From Casimicrobium huifangae (GTDB taxonomy: Bacteria; Pseudomonadota; Gammaproteobacteria; Burkholderiales; Casimicrobiaceae): a DNA stretch of 32,000 nt. Location of the stretch: positions 367,847 through 399,846 of the forward strand of contig NZ_CP041352.1 in the NCBI RefSeq assembly GCF_009746125.1. Reading direction: 5' to 3'. The translations under genes were made by a program, and so were the position numbers. How positions within the stretch are numbered: the first letter of the stretch is position 1; each line of letters starts with the position of its first letter. Below are positions 1 to 9,444 of this stretch, piece after piece. Under the pieces are notes generated by a model. It made no database searches, had not been told where the DNA came from, and worked only from the letters and a program-made list of their open reading frames with translations.

Positions 1-94
1 CAGGCCTTGCGCCAGACCATATCGCGGCCACAGACCGTGCAGGGCTTTACCGGCAACGATGCCTTATTGCCACGGAAGGAGTTGCGTTGTTGCG

Positions 95-1249
95 TCATGC
101 TCCGGCTGTTTCTTTGCTGGACATGTGGAGCCGGGCATGCCGCGCGATATCGTCAACCGAGGCGATCAGGGTCACGCCCGCTGGCTCACGCCGAAGCCGC
201 CCGATCAACTCACCGACAGCCCACACCGGTATCGCCGCCGGCAGTGCCTCGCGCAGGGCCTCCAGGCTTGCCATTGCTATTTTCGGACTCAGCGACGCGG
301 CGAACGAGGGCACCACAACGGCCGCACCCAACTGGTTGGCCGCTGTCGCGATGTCGGCCACCGGTGCCTGCATGCCCAGCGACAGACAGTGCATTCCTTC
401 ACCGAGCAGCAAAGCCTCGGCAGCGAGCAGTGGCAGGTCGTCGGTGTCGTGCGGCAGCGTTGCCAGCACGGTTACGGCCTGCAGTTGCCCGGCGCCGGCA
501 GCGGGGCGCATGGCCAGCAGGCCGCGCGCCATCAGTAGCGTACGGCGAAGCTGCTCACGGCAGTAGCGTTCGGCGAAGGGAGGCATATCGCCATGCAGTC
601 GGGCATCGTCGATCTGTTCAAGCAAAGGCAGCATCACATCGCGAACGAACGCGGACAAGCCGCGCTGCAGCAGTGCTGCGGCGAGCGCCTGCGCCAGCAA
701 CTCGGTCTCGCAGGCGCGCGCATGCGCCATCAGCACGGTAACCACGCTGCCGGTTGCGAGGTTGTCGCCGGATTGGGAGGCAAGCCCTCCACGCGCAGTG
801 GCAGTTGCGCCGCGCGGGCGCGACAAGGCCAGCAGTTCAGCCTCCGTCAGCGTCAGCAAGCGGCCCGGTCGGTGCCCCGCGTCCATCAGGCGACGGATGG
901 TGCGCAGCCGCTCCACCTGCCTGGGCGGATACAGCCGTTCGCCGTTGCCATCGCGTAGGGGCGTCGGAAAGCCGTAGCGGCGTTCCCACACCCGAAGCAC
1001 GTCTTTCGACAAGCCGGTATCGCGCTCGACGGCACTGATGGTCAGGTGGGAGGTGATGGAAGCGGCCAAGGCGGATGCTCGGGTGGCGGAGGTTGTCGGG
1101 CCAGCTCGGTAGGCCTGTGCACAAAAGTCTAGGGGGCGGGGGCAGTTTTGTCCATGACAAACTCTGCTGGTCACGGTGAGCGTTGATGTCGTCCAGCGGG
1201 CGGCAAGGCCCTGCTGGCGACGCGTTTGAATTTCGCCCGGCAGACCCAA
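95..1249 (-). CDS. MerR-family HTH regulator with degenerate B12-binding-like C-terminal region; true start is probably internal (for example TTG near 1069)
   Basis: Translation contains LTISAVERDTGLSKDVLRVWERRYGFPTPLRDGNGERLYPPRQVERLRTIRRLMDAGHRPG, typical of the MerR DNA-binding domain in CarH/LitR-like regulators. The first ~60 residues of the ORF look non-conserved. Confidence 0.8.
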   Translation of the reverse strand: MGLPGEIQTRRQQGLAARWTTSTLTVTSRVCHGQNCPRPLDFCAQAYRAGPTTSATRASALAASITSHLTISAVERDTGLSKDVLRVWERRYGFPTPLRDGNGERLYPPRQVERLRTIRRLMDAGHRPGRLLTLTEAELLALSRPRGATATARGGLASQSGDNLATGSVVTVLMAHARACETELLAQALAAALLQRGLSAFVRDVMLPLLEQIDDARLHGDMPPFAERYCREQLRRTLLMARGLLAMRPAAGAGQLQAVTVLATLPHDTDDLPLLAAEALLLGEGMHCLSLGMQAPVADIATAANQLGAAVVVPSFAASLSPKIAMASLEALREALPAAIPVWAVGELIGRLRREPAGVTLIASVDDIARHARLHMSSKETAGA

Positions 1250-1334
1250 TGTACCGCACTAGTGCAGAAAATTTGATGCGCTTGCTCTACTGTGGCGACC
1301 GTTGCGGCGCCCGGTCCGCCGCTAAACTACGCCC

Positions 1335-2171
1335 ATGAACGCTTTCGACCGCGCGCTGTATCAGGCGGCGCCCCCCAACGCTCTCGACGATACGCAGTCG
1401 CTGCCCGACGCGCGGCACCTGCCGATCCAGCGGGTGGGCATCAAGGCGCTGCGCTATCCGATGCAGATCGTCGCCGGCAACGGCGAGACGCAGGGCACGG
1501 TGGCAACCTTCGCCATGTACGTCGGCCTGCCGGAGCAGGTGAAGGGCACCCACATGTCGCGCTTCATCCAGTTGCTGGACGAAACCCGCGCCCCGCTTGA
1601 CGCCGCCGGTTTTCTCGCGCTGGAAAAGACCATGCGCCAGCGGCTGGAGGCCGAGACCGGTTACCTCGAAATGTCGTTTCCTTACTTCCGCCGCAAGGCC
1701 GCGCCGGTGTCGGGCGTGGAAAGCCTGCTCGACGCAGACGTCAAGCTGATCGCCGAGACCACCGCCACCCACGGCACCCGGCTGACACTGCAGGTAGTCG
1801 CCCCGGTGACCAGCCTGTGCCCGTGTTCGAAGAAGATCTCCGACTACGGCGCCCACAACCAGCGCTCGCACATCACCATCCGGGCCGAGGCTGGTCCGGC
1901 GCTCAGCGTTGATGCGCTGATCGACATCGCCGAGCGTGAAGCTTCCGCCGAGCTGTACGGCGTGCTCAAGCGCGCCGACGAAAAGTTCGTGACCGAACAG
2001 GCCTACGACAACCCGAAATTCGTCGAGGATCTGGTTCGCGACGTTGCGCTGGCCTGCCACTCGCACGAGCAGATCGGCGATTTCGTCGTTGCCAGCGAGA
2101 ACTTCGAGGCGATTCACAATCACTCGGCCTACGCCGAAATCTACGGTCGCGGCAAGCTGCCCGCCGCGTAA
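1335..2171 (+). CDS. folE2: GTP cyclohydrolase FolE2 (type IB)
   Basis: Motifs LPDARHLPIQRVGIKALRYPMQI, TVATFAMYVGLPEQVKGTHMSRFIQLLDE and CPCSKKISDYGAHNQRSHITI match the FolE2 family. ATG start, TAA stop. Confidence 0.92.
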   Translation: MNAFDRALYQAAPPNALDDTQSLPDARHLPIQRVGIKALRYPMQIVAGNGETQGTVATFAMYVGLPEQVKGTHMSRFIQLLDETRAPLDAAGFLALEKTMRQRLEAETGYLEMSFPYFRRKAAPVSGVESLLDADVKLIAETTATHGTRLTLQVVAPVTSLCPCSKKISDYGAHNQRSHITIRAEAGPALSVDALIDIAEREASAELYGVLKRADEKFVTEQAYDNPKFVEDLVRDVALACHSHEQIGDFVVASENFEAIHNHSAYAEIYGRGKLPAA

Positions 2172-2196
2172 ATCGGCCTCAACATCCGACGCCCGC

Positions 2197-2226
2197 TTGC
2201 CGAACCAGAGAAAGTCTGGTTATAAT
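2197..2226 (+). promoter_or_regulatory. sigma70-like promoter for tRNA-Lys
   Basis: TTGCCG (2197-2202), 18-nt spacer, TATAAT (2221-2226), 10 nt upstream of the mature tRNA 5' end. Confidence 0.7.
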
Positions 2227-2236
2227 GGAAGGCTTC

Positions 2237-2312
2237 GGGACGTTAGCTCAGTCGGTAGAGCAGCGGACTTTTAATCCGTTGGTCGGCAGTTCGAGCCTGC
2301 CACGTCCTACCA
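2237..2312 (+). tRNA. tRNA-Lys (anticodon TTT), CCA encoded
   Basis: GGGACGT...ACGTCCT acceptor stem, D-loop AGCTCAGTCGGTAGAGC, anticodon arm GCGGA-CTTTTAA-TCCGT, T-arm GTTCGAGCC, terminal ACCA. Confidence 0.97.
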
Positions 2313-2349
2313 ATCGCCTTTGGGTGATTGCAAAAACAAAAAACAAAAT

Positions 2350-2372
2350 AGCCCGGTTTTCCGGGCTTTTTT
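2350..2372 (+). terminator. Rho-independent terminator downstream of tRNA-Lys
   Basis: AGCCCGG-TTTT-CCGGGCT perfect 7-bp stem (2350-2367) followed by a T run. Confidence 0.9.
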
Positions 2373-2719
2373 ACGTCCGTTACTGGCAACAGCCCCTTTA
2401 GCAAAGCCTCATCTGCAAAGGGCGAAAAGCGTCAAAAGCCGCAAAGTCGACATTTCGACAAATGGCCTGTCGAGCCCACCCACAAAGGGTTGCAACGCAA
2501 AGCTGATACGCGTGTGCTGCTGTTCAGTGTCTGCGATCCCGTCGCGCCTCTACCTGCACTCCCGCCCGCACGCGGGGGATCAAACGCTGAGCCTGAAGCG
2601 GATCGTGCGAGACGGTTCTCACCTGCCGGTGGATTGACTACACTCGCGGCAACCGGAGTCCATCCGATCAGACGCCAGCAGCGCAGGCGCATCGCGATGG
2701 AACGCAGAAGGGGACGATC

Positions 2720-3304
2720 ATGATTTGCCGCATCCACCTGCGTCGCGCCGGCGGCGCCCTGTCAGCTCTGGTGTTCGGGCTGGTGATGGCTGCTACCGCC
2801 ACCGCCCAGAGCAGCGAAATGCCAACCGTCGATGAGATCGTCGGCAAACTCAATGCTGCCGCACAGGGTAGCGCGCAACCTGCCCGCAAGAAGACCCGCG
2901 GCATCAGCCTCGATGGCACTGCCAGCAGCGGCGTCGAACGCGTTGAAAAGATCAATTCGACCAGCTACAGCGAAACCCGTATCCAGTTCGAGTTCGGCTC
3001 TGATCGCCTGACCGAGCAATCGCGGAACGTGCTCGACGTTTTCGCCTCGGCAATCATGTCGCCATCGCTGCAATCGATGAAGTTCGTCATTGAAGGCCAC
3101 ACTGATGGCGTCGGCAGCGATCAGTACAACCTCGACCTTTCACGCAAGCGCGCCACGGCGGTGATGCGCTATCTCACCAGCACCCGCGGCATTCCTGCCA
3201 AACGGCTGTCGGCACGCGGCAAGGGCAAACGCGAGCTGGCCAATCCGGACGAACCGGCGTCGGCAGAAAACCGTCGCGTCGCCTGGGTGCCACTGCGGGG
3301 ATAG
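2720..3304 (+). CDS. OmpA-family (peptidoglycan-binding) exported protein
   Basis: N-terminal signal-like segment; C-terminal FVIEGHTDGVGSDQYNLDLSRKRATAVMRYLTSTRGIPAKRLSARGKGKRELANPDEPASAENRRVAWVPL matches the OmpA C-terminal domain. Confidence 0.88.
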   Translation: MICRIHLRRAGGALSALVFGLVMAATATAQSSEMPTVDEIVGKLNAAAQGSAQPARKKTRGISLDGTASSGVERVEKINSTSYSETRIQFEFGSDRLTEQSRNVLDVFASAIMSPSLQSMKFVIEGHTDGVGSDQYNLDLSRKRATAVMRYLTSTRGIPAKRLSARGKGKRELANPDEPASAENRRVAWVPLRG

Positions 3305-3310
3305 CAAGGC

Positions 3311-3329
3311 GGCGGCGAGCATCGCCGCC
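3311..3329 (+). terminator. Strong hairpin after the OmpA-family gene, possible terminator (no T tract)
   Basis: GGCGGCGA-gca-TCGCCGCC perfect 8-bp stem, starting 7 nt after the stop codon. Confidence 0.4.
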
Positions 3330-3388
3330 ACCCGCCCGCTGGCCACGATCACCGTTGTCCGGCAACACAGTTTTTGAGGGGGAACACC

Positions 3389-6300
3389 ATGTTGAATGCA
3401 CTGCACCGAAGTTGTTGGGCGGTAGCGATGTGCGCGTCCGTGCTGGCTGCCAGCTTCGCCGACGCGCAATCGACGTGGGCTGGCCGCAAGCTCGCCGCCG
3501 GTGAATTTTTCAGTGCACAGCTCGCCGCCGACGGCACCGTCTGGTCGTGGGGCGAGAACACCAATGGTGAGCTGGGCGACGGCACCGTGCTCAACCGCTC
3601 GCTCCCGACCCTCGCAATCGGGCTCGCCAATGTGACGTCAATTTCTGCCGGCAACAATCACATGCTGGCGCTGACCACCGGCGGCGATGTCTACGCATGG
3701 GGTGCCAACGATGACGGCCAGCTCGCCAGCAATCGCACCGCTCGGCTCGAAGTGCGGCCACTCAAGGTCAGCGCCCTGACCCAGGTCGTCGCAGTATCTG
3801 CCTACGGCAGCACCAGCGCGGCGGTGGCCGGCGGCAATGTCTGGCTCTGGGGGCGAGCGGTGACCCGCAGCGTGCCGGCGCGGATGACCGGCGCGGTGCA
3901 ATCTGGCGAAACGCCAATCGGCGTGGTGATCGGGCTGGACGCCGGCATCACCGTGCTCAGCAACCGCACCATGCGGGTGTGGAGCATGTCGCCCTCGCTC
4001 ACCAGTTCCTCAGCAATCGTGGCCCGCAGTGACGGCTCACCGCTCACCGGCGTGGTTCGGGTGGCGGGCGACGACACCACGTTTTATGCCGTCACCGACG
4101 ACGGCCAGGCGTGGAAATTCGGCGGCGCGGTTGCGGAGAAGATCACGCTGCCGGGATCAGTGGCGGCTGCCGACGTGGCTGCCGGGCGCGGACAGGTGGC
4201 GTGGGTCAGCGCCGCCGGCGCGATGTTCATGCAGGGTGACAACACCTTTGGCCAGCTTGGCATTTCGATCGTGTCCGGTGTCACCACCGCGCTGTCACAA
4301 GTGCAGAACATCAGCAACGCACGCGCCGTCGCCGCCAGCCGCTATCACACGGTGGCCAGCACCACCACTGGCAAATTGTTCGCGTGGGGATACAACGCAT
4401 TTGGCGAGCTGGGCAGCGGCGCCCGGCAATACGTCTCGGAGCCCCTGCACGCCATTGACCTTGGCAGCTACGCATTGGTGTCGCCCGGCCGCAAGCACAC
4501 GCTCGGCCTCGCCTCGGTGTCGCCATCCACGGGCGCCGGCGCGCTCTACGCCTGGGGTTCCAACGAAAACGGTCAGGCTGGTGCATCCCTATTTCTCACC
4601 GGCACCGTCGCCACGCCGGGGCGGGTGCTGTCCGGCACCCAGTTCATCGACGCATCGGCAGGCAATGCCCACTCTGCGGCGGTAGCGGAGGATGGTTCGG
4701 TCTACACCTTCGGCTCCAACGCGCAGGGCCAGCTGGGTAGCGGCACCTTTGGCGGGCAGGCGCAACCCGCCAAAATCAGTGGCGTGTCGGCAGTACGCGC
4801 GATCGCTGCAGGCGCACAGTCAACCCACGCATTGACCGCTGACGGCCAGATCTACAGCTGGGGCAATAACTCGTCCGCCCAGCTCGGCACCGGCACTGCC
4901 GATTCAAGCGCGTCACCGGTGCGCACACTGGCCCCCGGCAGCGCGCGCTACACCGCAGTCGTCGCTGCCGCCACCCATGTTGCGGCGCTCGCCAGCGATG
5001 GTGGCCTCTGGGTCTGGGGTGGCAATCGCTTTGGCCAGCTGGGCAACGGCAATATTGCGGTGGCCAGCGACGGCACGCCGAAACGGGTGAGCTTTCCTGA
5101 CGGCAGCACCGCCCGCGTGATGGCGGTGCGACTGGGTTTCAGTTCCACCCTTGCGCTGCGCGAGGATGGCACCGTGTGGCTGTGGGGCGAGACGCGACAG
5201 GGCGGCACGCCGACCTATTCACCGCAGCAGATGAGCGGTTTGCCGAAGATCGTGGCCATTGCCGCATCCGGCTATTCCTACTCGGCACTTGGCGTTGACG
5301 GCTCGCTCTGGGCGTGGGGACGCAATGCGTCGATCAGCCCCACCACCTTCCGCTCCACCATGTCGTTCGCGCAGGCCGCAGGCGGTCCGTTTGCCGATTC
5401 GATGTTTGCCCGCGACACCGGTGGCCGCTGGTGGGCAACCGGCTACAACGGCTATTCGCAACTGGGTCTCGGCGACCCGTCGCGGGTGCAGGAGACGCTG
5501 CCGATCGAGGTCTATCTGCCGTTTGCCAGCACCAGCACCGTCACCACCGTGCAGGAATTGTTTACCGACAAGATCGGCCCGGCCGGCGAGCGCTTCTTCC
5601 TCTCGGCCGACGTTGCCCAGTCCGGGCTGCTGGACACCCTCAAGGCTGCGGATGGCACCTACTTCTGGGGCCGCACCGGACGCGGCTTCCGGGCATGGCC
5701 CACGCGCGATGGCGCGCCGGCCAACGTCTCCGAGGTGTATCGCTTCTACTGCCTGTTCCCGGACGGCAAACCCAACACCCACTTCTACACTGCCAACCCG
5801 GCCGACAAGACGGCGCTGCAGGCCACCAACCCGACCAACGAAACCGGCAAGGGCTGCCGCTATGAGGGCGTTGCCTTCTACGCCGTCGCACCCAGCTTCA
5901 CCGCCTACACCGGTGCCGCGTCCGCCGGCTTGGTCGGCCAGAGCTGCCCGAGCGGCTACCAGCCGGTCTATCGCGCCTACAACAATCGCAGCAACCTCAA
6001 TGACGGCAACCACCGCATGAGCACCAGCTGGGTTGACCATCTGCGTGCCGTGCGCTATCTGGGCTACACCGACGAAGGCGTGGTGTTCTGTTCGCCGACG
6101 ACCACCGTTGCGGGCGGCGACCTGCACGCCTATCACTCCTATCCGGGGCCGGAGGTCAAGGCGGGCGACCGCATCCGGGTCGAATATGTGTTCGCCAACA
6201 ACGGGCCGGGGCATGGCAACGGCGCCCGTGTCAGTGCTGTGATCCCGACCGCAGTGACAGACTGGACCATGTCCTGTACGTCCCGCCTCGGCGGCATCTG

Positions 6301-7207
6301 CCCCGACGCCGGTTTCGCCGCGCTGCGCACCGGCGTCACGCTTGACGCACTGCCGGCCGGCGGTTCCGTCGTGTTCACCCTCAACGGTACCGCGCCATCA
6401 TTGCCTGCGGGTAGCACCGCCACCACCGAGCTGCGCTTTGCCAACTCGATCGTCGCTGCGGCCAGCGCTCCCGACGTCTACGACGCCAACGACACCACGC
6501 GCTACAGCAGTACCCAGGTGCGTGCCCCGCAGCTCTGCAGCTACGGGCTATCGGTGAATCAGGTAGCGATTGCCGCGGCGGGTGGCTCTGCCACGTCGGC
6601 GGTGGTAACCAACGCGGCCTGCGCGCTCAGCGCCAGCGTCACGGCGGCTACGCAGGGCGGCGTCGCCATTCCGTCGAGCTGGCTGACTGTCTCGCTGCCC
6701 AATGGCGCGACGGGTGCTGCGAACTTCGCCAACAACGTGGTCAAGGTCGTTGCCACGACCAATCCAGGCCCGCTGTCGCGCAGCGCCACGGTCACGGTGA
6801 ACGGTCAGGCGCTCACGGTCTTCCAGGAAGCGCCACCACCGGCAGTGCCGTCGAATTGCGTCAACCAGTTGCAACCGTCGAGCGAGCATGCTGCGGTCAC
6901 CGGCTACAACTCGCGGACGGTCGCTGTGTCTGCGCCGTCGCTCAACTGCCAGTGGAAAGCAGCGCCCGATGTTGACTGGATCACCATCGTGTCCACCGCC
7001 AACGGTACCGGCGCTGGACTGCTCACCTACGCCATCCTTGCCAACGCGACGGGCGCTGCGCGCTCCGGCCGCATCGTGATCGGCAACACCGCGCTCGAGA
7101 TCTATCAGGAGGGCACCGGCGGCGGTGGCGCAGAAGGCGGCGCTGGTGATGGTGGTGGCGAAGGCGGTGGCTCGTCAGGCGGCGAGGGCGGCAGCGCCGG
7201 GTCGTGA
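3389..7207 (+). CDS. Exported RCC1-repeat protein with DUF5648 domain, DUF11-like region, two BACON-like modules and Gly-rich tail
   Basis: ORF 3374-7207, likely ATG at 3389 giving signal peptide MLNALHRSCWAVAMCASVLAASFADAQ. Many RCC1-type repeats (VWSWGENTNGELGDGT, LWVWGGNRFGQLGNGN). RFYCLFPDGKPNTHFYTANPADKTALQATNP...CRYEGVAFYA resembles DUF5648. NCQWKAAPDVDWITIVS resembles BACON. Confidence 0.85.
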   Translation: MLNALHRSCWAVAMCASVLAASFADAQSTWAGRKLAAGEFFSAQLAADGTVWSWGENTNGELGDGTVLNRSLPTLAIGLANVTSISAGNNHMLALTTGGDVYAWGANDDGQLASNRTARLEVRPLKVSALTQVVAVSAYGSTSAAVAGGNVWLWGRAVTRSVPARMTGAVQSGETPIGVVIGLDAGITVLSNRTMRVWSMSPSLTSSSAIVARSDGSPLTGVVRVAGDDTTFYAVTDDGQAWKFGGAVAEKITLPGSVAAADVAAGRGQVAWVSAAGAMFMQGDNTFGQLGISIVSGVTTALSQVQNISNARAVAASRYHTVASTTTGKLFAWGYNAFGELGSGARQYVSEPLHAIDLGSYALVSPGRKHTLGLASVSPSTGAGALYAWGSNENGQAGASLFLTGTVATPGRVLSGTQFIDASAGNAHSAAVAEDGSVYTFGSNAQGQLGSGTFGGQAQPAKISGVSAVRAIAAGAQSTHALTADGQIYSWGNNSSAQLGTGTADSSASPVRTLAPGSARYTAVVAAATHVAALASDGGLWVWGGNRFGQLGNGNIAVASDGTPKRVSFPDGSTARVMAVRLGFSSTLALREDGTVWLWGETRQGGTPTYSPQQMSGLPKIVAIAASGYSYSALGVDGSLWAWGRNASISPTTFRSTMSFAQAAGGPFADSMFARDTGGRWWATGYNGYSQLGLGDPSRVQETLPIEVYLPFASTSTVTTVQELFTDKIGPAGERFFLSADVAQSGLLDTLKAADGTYFWGRTGRGFRAWPTRDGAPANVSEVYRFYCLFPDGKPNTHFYTANPADKTALQATNPTNETGKGCRYEGVAFYAVAPSFTAYTGAASAGLVGQSCPSGYQPVYRAYNNRSNLNDGNHRMSTSWVDHLRAVRYLGYTDEGVVFCSPTTTVAGGDLHAYHSYPGPEVKAGDRIRVEYVFANNGPGHGNGARVSAVIPTAVTDWTMSCTSRLGGICPDAGFAALRTGVTLDALPAGGSVVFTLNGTAPSLPAGSTATTELRFANSIVAAASAPDVYDANDTTRYSSTQVRAPQLCSYGLSVNQVAIAAAGGSATSAVVTNAACALSASVTAATQGGVAIPSSWLTVSLPNGATGAANFANNVVKVVATTNPGPLSRSATVTVNGQALTVFQEAPPPAVPSNCVNQLQPSSEHAAVTGYNSRTVAVSAPSLNCQWKAAPDVDWITIVSTANGTGAGLLTYAILANATGAARSGRIVIGNTALEIYQEGTGGGGAEGGAGDGGGEGGGSSGGEGGSAGS

Positions 7208-9444
7208 AAGCGCTGGCGCGTCGCCTGCTGTGTGCGCTGCTGATGGTGGCGCAGTGTGCGCTGCCGGTCTGGGCAGCGCCGCTGTATGACACCGCCAGCA
7301 CGGATGAATCGCGCCTCGCACTGGTGATTGGCAACTCGGCGTATCTCGTCGATCCGCTCGACAACCCGGTCAATGACGCCAATGCCGTCGCACGGTCGCT
7401 GGAGCGCCTTGGCTTTGAGGTGATGCTCGCCATCAACCTGCCGGGGGCCGAGCTCAAGCGGCGGGTGCGCACCTTTCAGGCGCGGGCTCGGGCCGAACGC
7501 GGCACCGCGCTGGTCTACTACGCCGGGCACGCCGTGGCGCCGGCCGGCCGCAACATCCTTTTGCCGGTGGACATCAACTTTCGTGATGTGCTTGAAGTGG
7601 AGGACGAGGGCATTGATGTAGCGAAGATGCTCGCCATCCTTGAGGACTCGAAGAAGCACACCCGCATCATGATCTTCGATGCTTGCCGCGACAACCCGTA
7701 CGGCCAAGTTGGCGAGGCGCTCATCCGTACCACGGCGCGCGCTCGTGGCATCAGCAGTGGCGGCGCCCGAGCCAACGCGTCCGACGCCACTGGCGGGCTT
7801 GCCGCGATGGCCGGCAAGGGCACGCTGGTGGCCTATTCCACCGCGCCCGGCGCCGTGGCCGAGGACGGCGAAGGCCGCAGCAACAGTGTGTTCACCGCCG
7901 AGCTGGTTGATGCGCTGGCGCAGCCGGGCCTCACCGCGCAGCAGGTGTTCAGCCGCGTGGCCGAACGGGTGCGCAAGGAGACCCGCGGCCAGCAGGTGCC
8001 GTGGATCAGCGGCGCACTTGACCGCAGCTTCGTGTTCAGTGCCGCCCGCGTGGAGCCCGCGTCGCTGGTGGTGCCGGGCGAGCGTCGTGAGCAGACCGAA
8101 GCGCAACTGCGCACCGAGATGAGCCGCCTGAAGCGTTTGCAGCAGAACGAGAAGGCCGCTGCGCAACAGGTGGCCGTGACCCTGCTGGAGCGCGAGCGCG
8201 TCGCCACCGAGCTGGACGAAGCTGCCCAGCGGCTCAAGCTGGCTGCGCAGGCTGAAGCAAAGGCGCTGGCTGACGCCGCGCGGGCGCAGGCAGAGGCCGC
8301 GCAGCGGGCAGCGGCGGAGGCGCGAGAGACCGCCCGCCGACAGGCCGCGGAGGAGCAGGCGCGGCTGGATCGTCTGGCGCAGGCCGCGCGCGAAGCGGAA
8401 GCCCGTGAACAGGCGGCGCGGCAGGCATTGGCCGCACAGCGCGAGCGCGACCTCGCCGAACGCCGGCAGGCCGAGCAGGCGCGCCTCGCCCTGCTCGCCG
8501 AAGCGTCGCGTCCCGAAGGCGTCGCCGCATTGCCGGCAGCGCCGATCGCTGTGCGCCGCGACGCCGACGGCAACCTGTTGGTGCGCGGTGTCCGTCTGCC
8601 GGCGGACCTGCGTGTACGCGATTTGACCGCCGGGGTGCCGGCGGCCTGCGCCGCGTTCTACGGCGCCTGGGGCCGCGCCCGCTGGGAGGGCCAGCGCAGT
8701 GCCGAGGTATGGGTGGAGAACGTCACCCCCGCCTGTGACGCCACCGTGGTGTATGCGCGCGGCGGCGACAGCGTGGACCGCGACGAGCCCGCGTTCGAGC
8801 GCCACACGGTGCGCGTGCAGCGCGACGAGCTGCGCCTGCGGCTGCGCGGTGGCGCCGAGCTCACCCTGCGCGCCACTGCGGACCGTACGCTGACGGCCAC
8901 CTGGTCGCGCGGCAGCGTGGTGGCCAATGTGGAGTTTGAGCGCATCGCCAGCGACCCGCTGGCCAGTCAGGCGTTCGCTCTGGAAGATCGCGACGACGGC
9001 GTGCGTCCGCCATCGGTCATCACCGCCCGCAACTACAGCCGCCGCCTGCCGGTGGCGGCACCGGGCGCAGCCACCATCAGCACCGCGCAATTGCTGCGCA
9101 TGCTCGGTGAGGCGCAGCCACCACGCCTGATCGACGCCCGCGCCGGCGCCGCCAAACCGCGCATCAATGGCGCCGTCTGGTTACCGGAGCTCGGTGCGGA
9201 GCAGCGACTGGGTGCGGTGGAGCGGGGGGCCATCGAGGCCACGCTCAGCAAGCTGGCCGGCAGCGACCGCAGCGTGCCGATGGTGGTGTTTGACCGCAGC
9301 GTTGACTGGGGCTGGATCGGCTATCACGCCGTGCTGCGCCTGCGCGAGATGGGCTACAGCAATCTCTACTGGTATCGCGGCGGCTCGGACGCGTGGCACG
9401 ACGCCGGCTTGCCGCTGGTGGCGGCGACCAGTCCGGCGCGCTGA
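7204..9444 (+). CDS. Exported caspase-like (peptidase C14/metacaspase-type) protein with coiled-coil region and rhodanese-like C-terminal domain lacking Cys
   Basis: Signal peptide MKALARRLLCALLMVAQCALPVWA; RLALVIGNSAYLVDPLDNPVNDANAVARSLERLGFEV; catalytic-type His in VYYAGHAV and Cys in IMIFDACRDNPY; Ala/Glu/Arg-rich heptad-like stretch; C-terminal RLIDARAG...GYSNLYWYRGGSDAWHDAGLPL. GTG start overlaps the upstream TGA stop by 3 nt. Confidence 0.87.
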   Translation: MKALARRLLCALLMVAQCALPVWAAPLYDTASTDESRLALVIGNSAYLVDPLDNPVNDANAVARSLERLGFEVMLAINLPGAELKRRVRTFQARARAERGTALVYYAGHAVAPAGRNILLPVDINFRDVLEVEDEGIDVAKMLAILEDSKKHTRIMIFDACRDNPYGQVGEALIRTTARARGISSGGARANASDATGGLAAMAGKGTLVAYSTAPGAVAEDGEGRSNSVFTAELVDALAQPGLTAQQVFSRVAERVRKETRGQQVPWISGALDRSFVFSAARVEPASLVVPGERREQTEAQLRTEMSRLKRLQQNEKAAAQQVAVTLLERERVATELDEAAQRLKLAAQAEAKALADAARAQAEAAQRAAAEARETARRQAAEEQARLDRLAQAAREAEAREQAARQALAAQRERDLAERRQAEQARLALLAEASRPEGVAALPAAPIAVRRDADGNLLVRGVRLPADLRVRDLTAGVPAACAAFYGAWGRARWEGQRSAEVWVENVTPACDATVVYARGGDSVDRDEPAFERHTVRVQRDELRLRLRGGAELTLRATADRTLTATWSRGSVVANVEFERIASDPLASQAFALEDRDDGVRPPSVITARNYSRRLPVAAPGAATISTAQLLRMLGEAQPPRLIDARAGAAKPRINGAVWLPELGAEQRLGAVERGAIEATLSKLAGSDRSVPMVVFDRSVDWGWIGYHAVLRLREMGYSNLYWYRGGSDAWHDAGLPLVAATSPAR

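Noticed and set aside
2237-2312. tRNA-Lys as integration site of a mobile island
   Set aside because: No integrase in the window and no repeated tRNA 3' end noticed downstream; the defence island begins more than 8 kb away.
2320-2637. 105-aa ORF after tRNA-Lys
   Set aside because: Reads through the Rho-independent terminator (2350-2372) and its translation has no recognisable domain.
3389-7110. Tandem DNA repeat array in the RCC1 gene
   Set aside because: Periodicity is explained by divergent RCC1 protein repeats, not an independent DNA repeat or CRISPR.
7833-8573. 246-aa antisense Ser/Ala/Arg-rich ORF
   Set aside because: Mirror of the Ala/Glu/Arg coiled-coil coding region; low complexity, no domain.
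7105-9090. 661-aa antisense ORF
   Set aside because: Opposite the clearly recognisable caspase-like gene; Arg/Gly/Pro-rich composition typical of spurious antisense ORFs in high-GC DNA.
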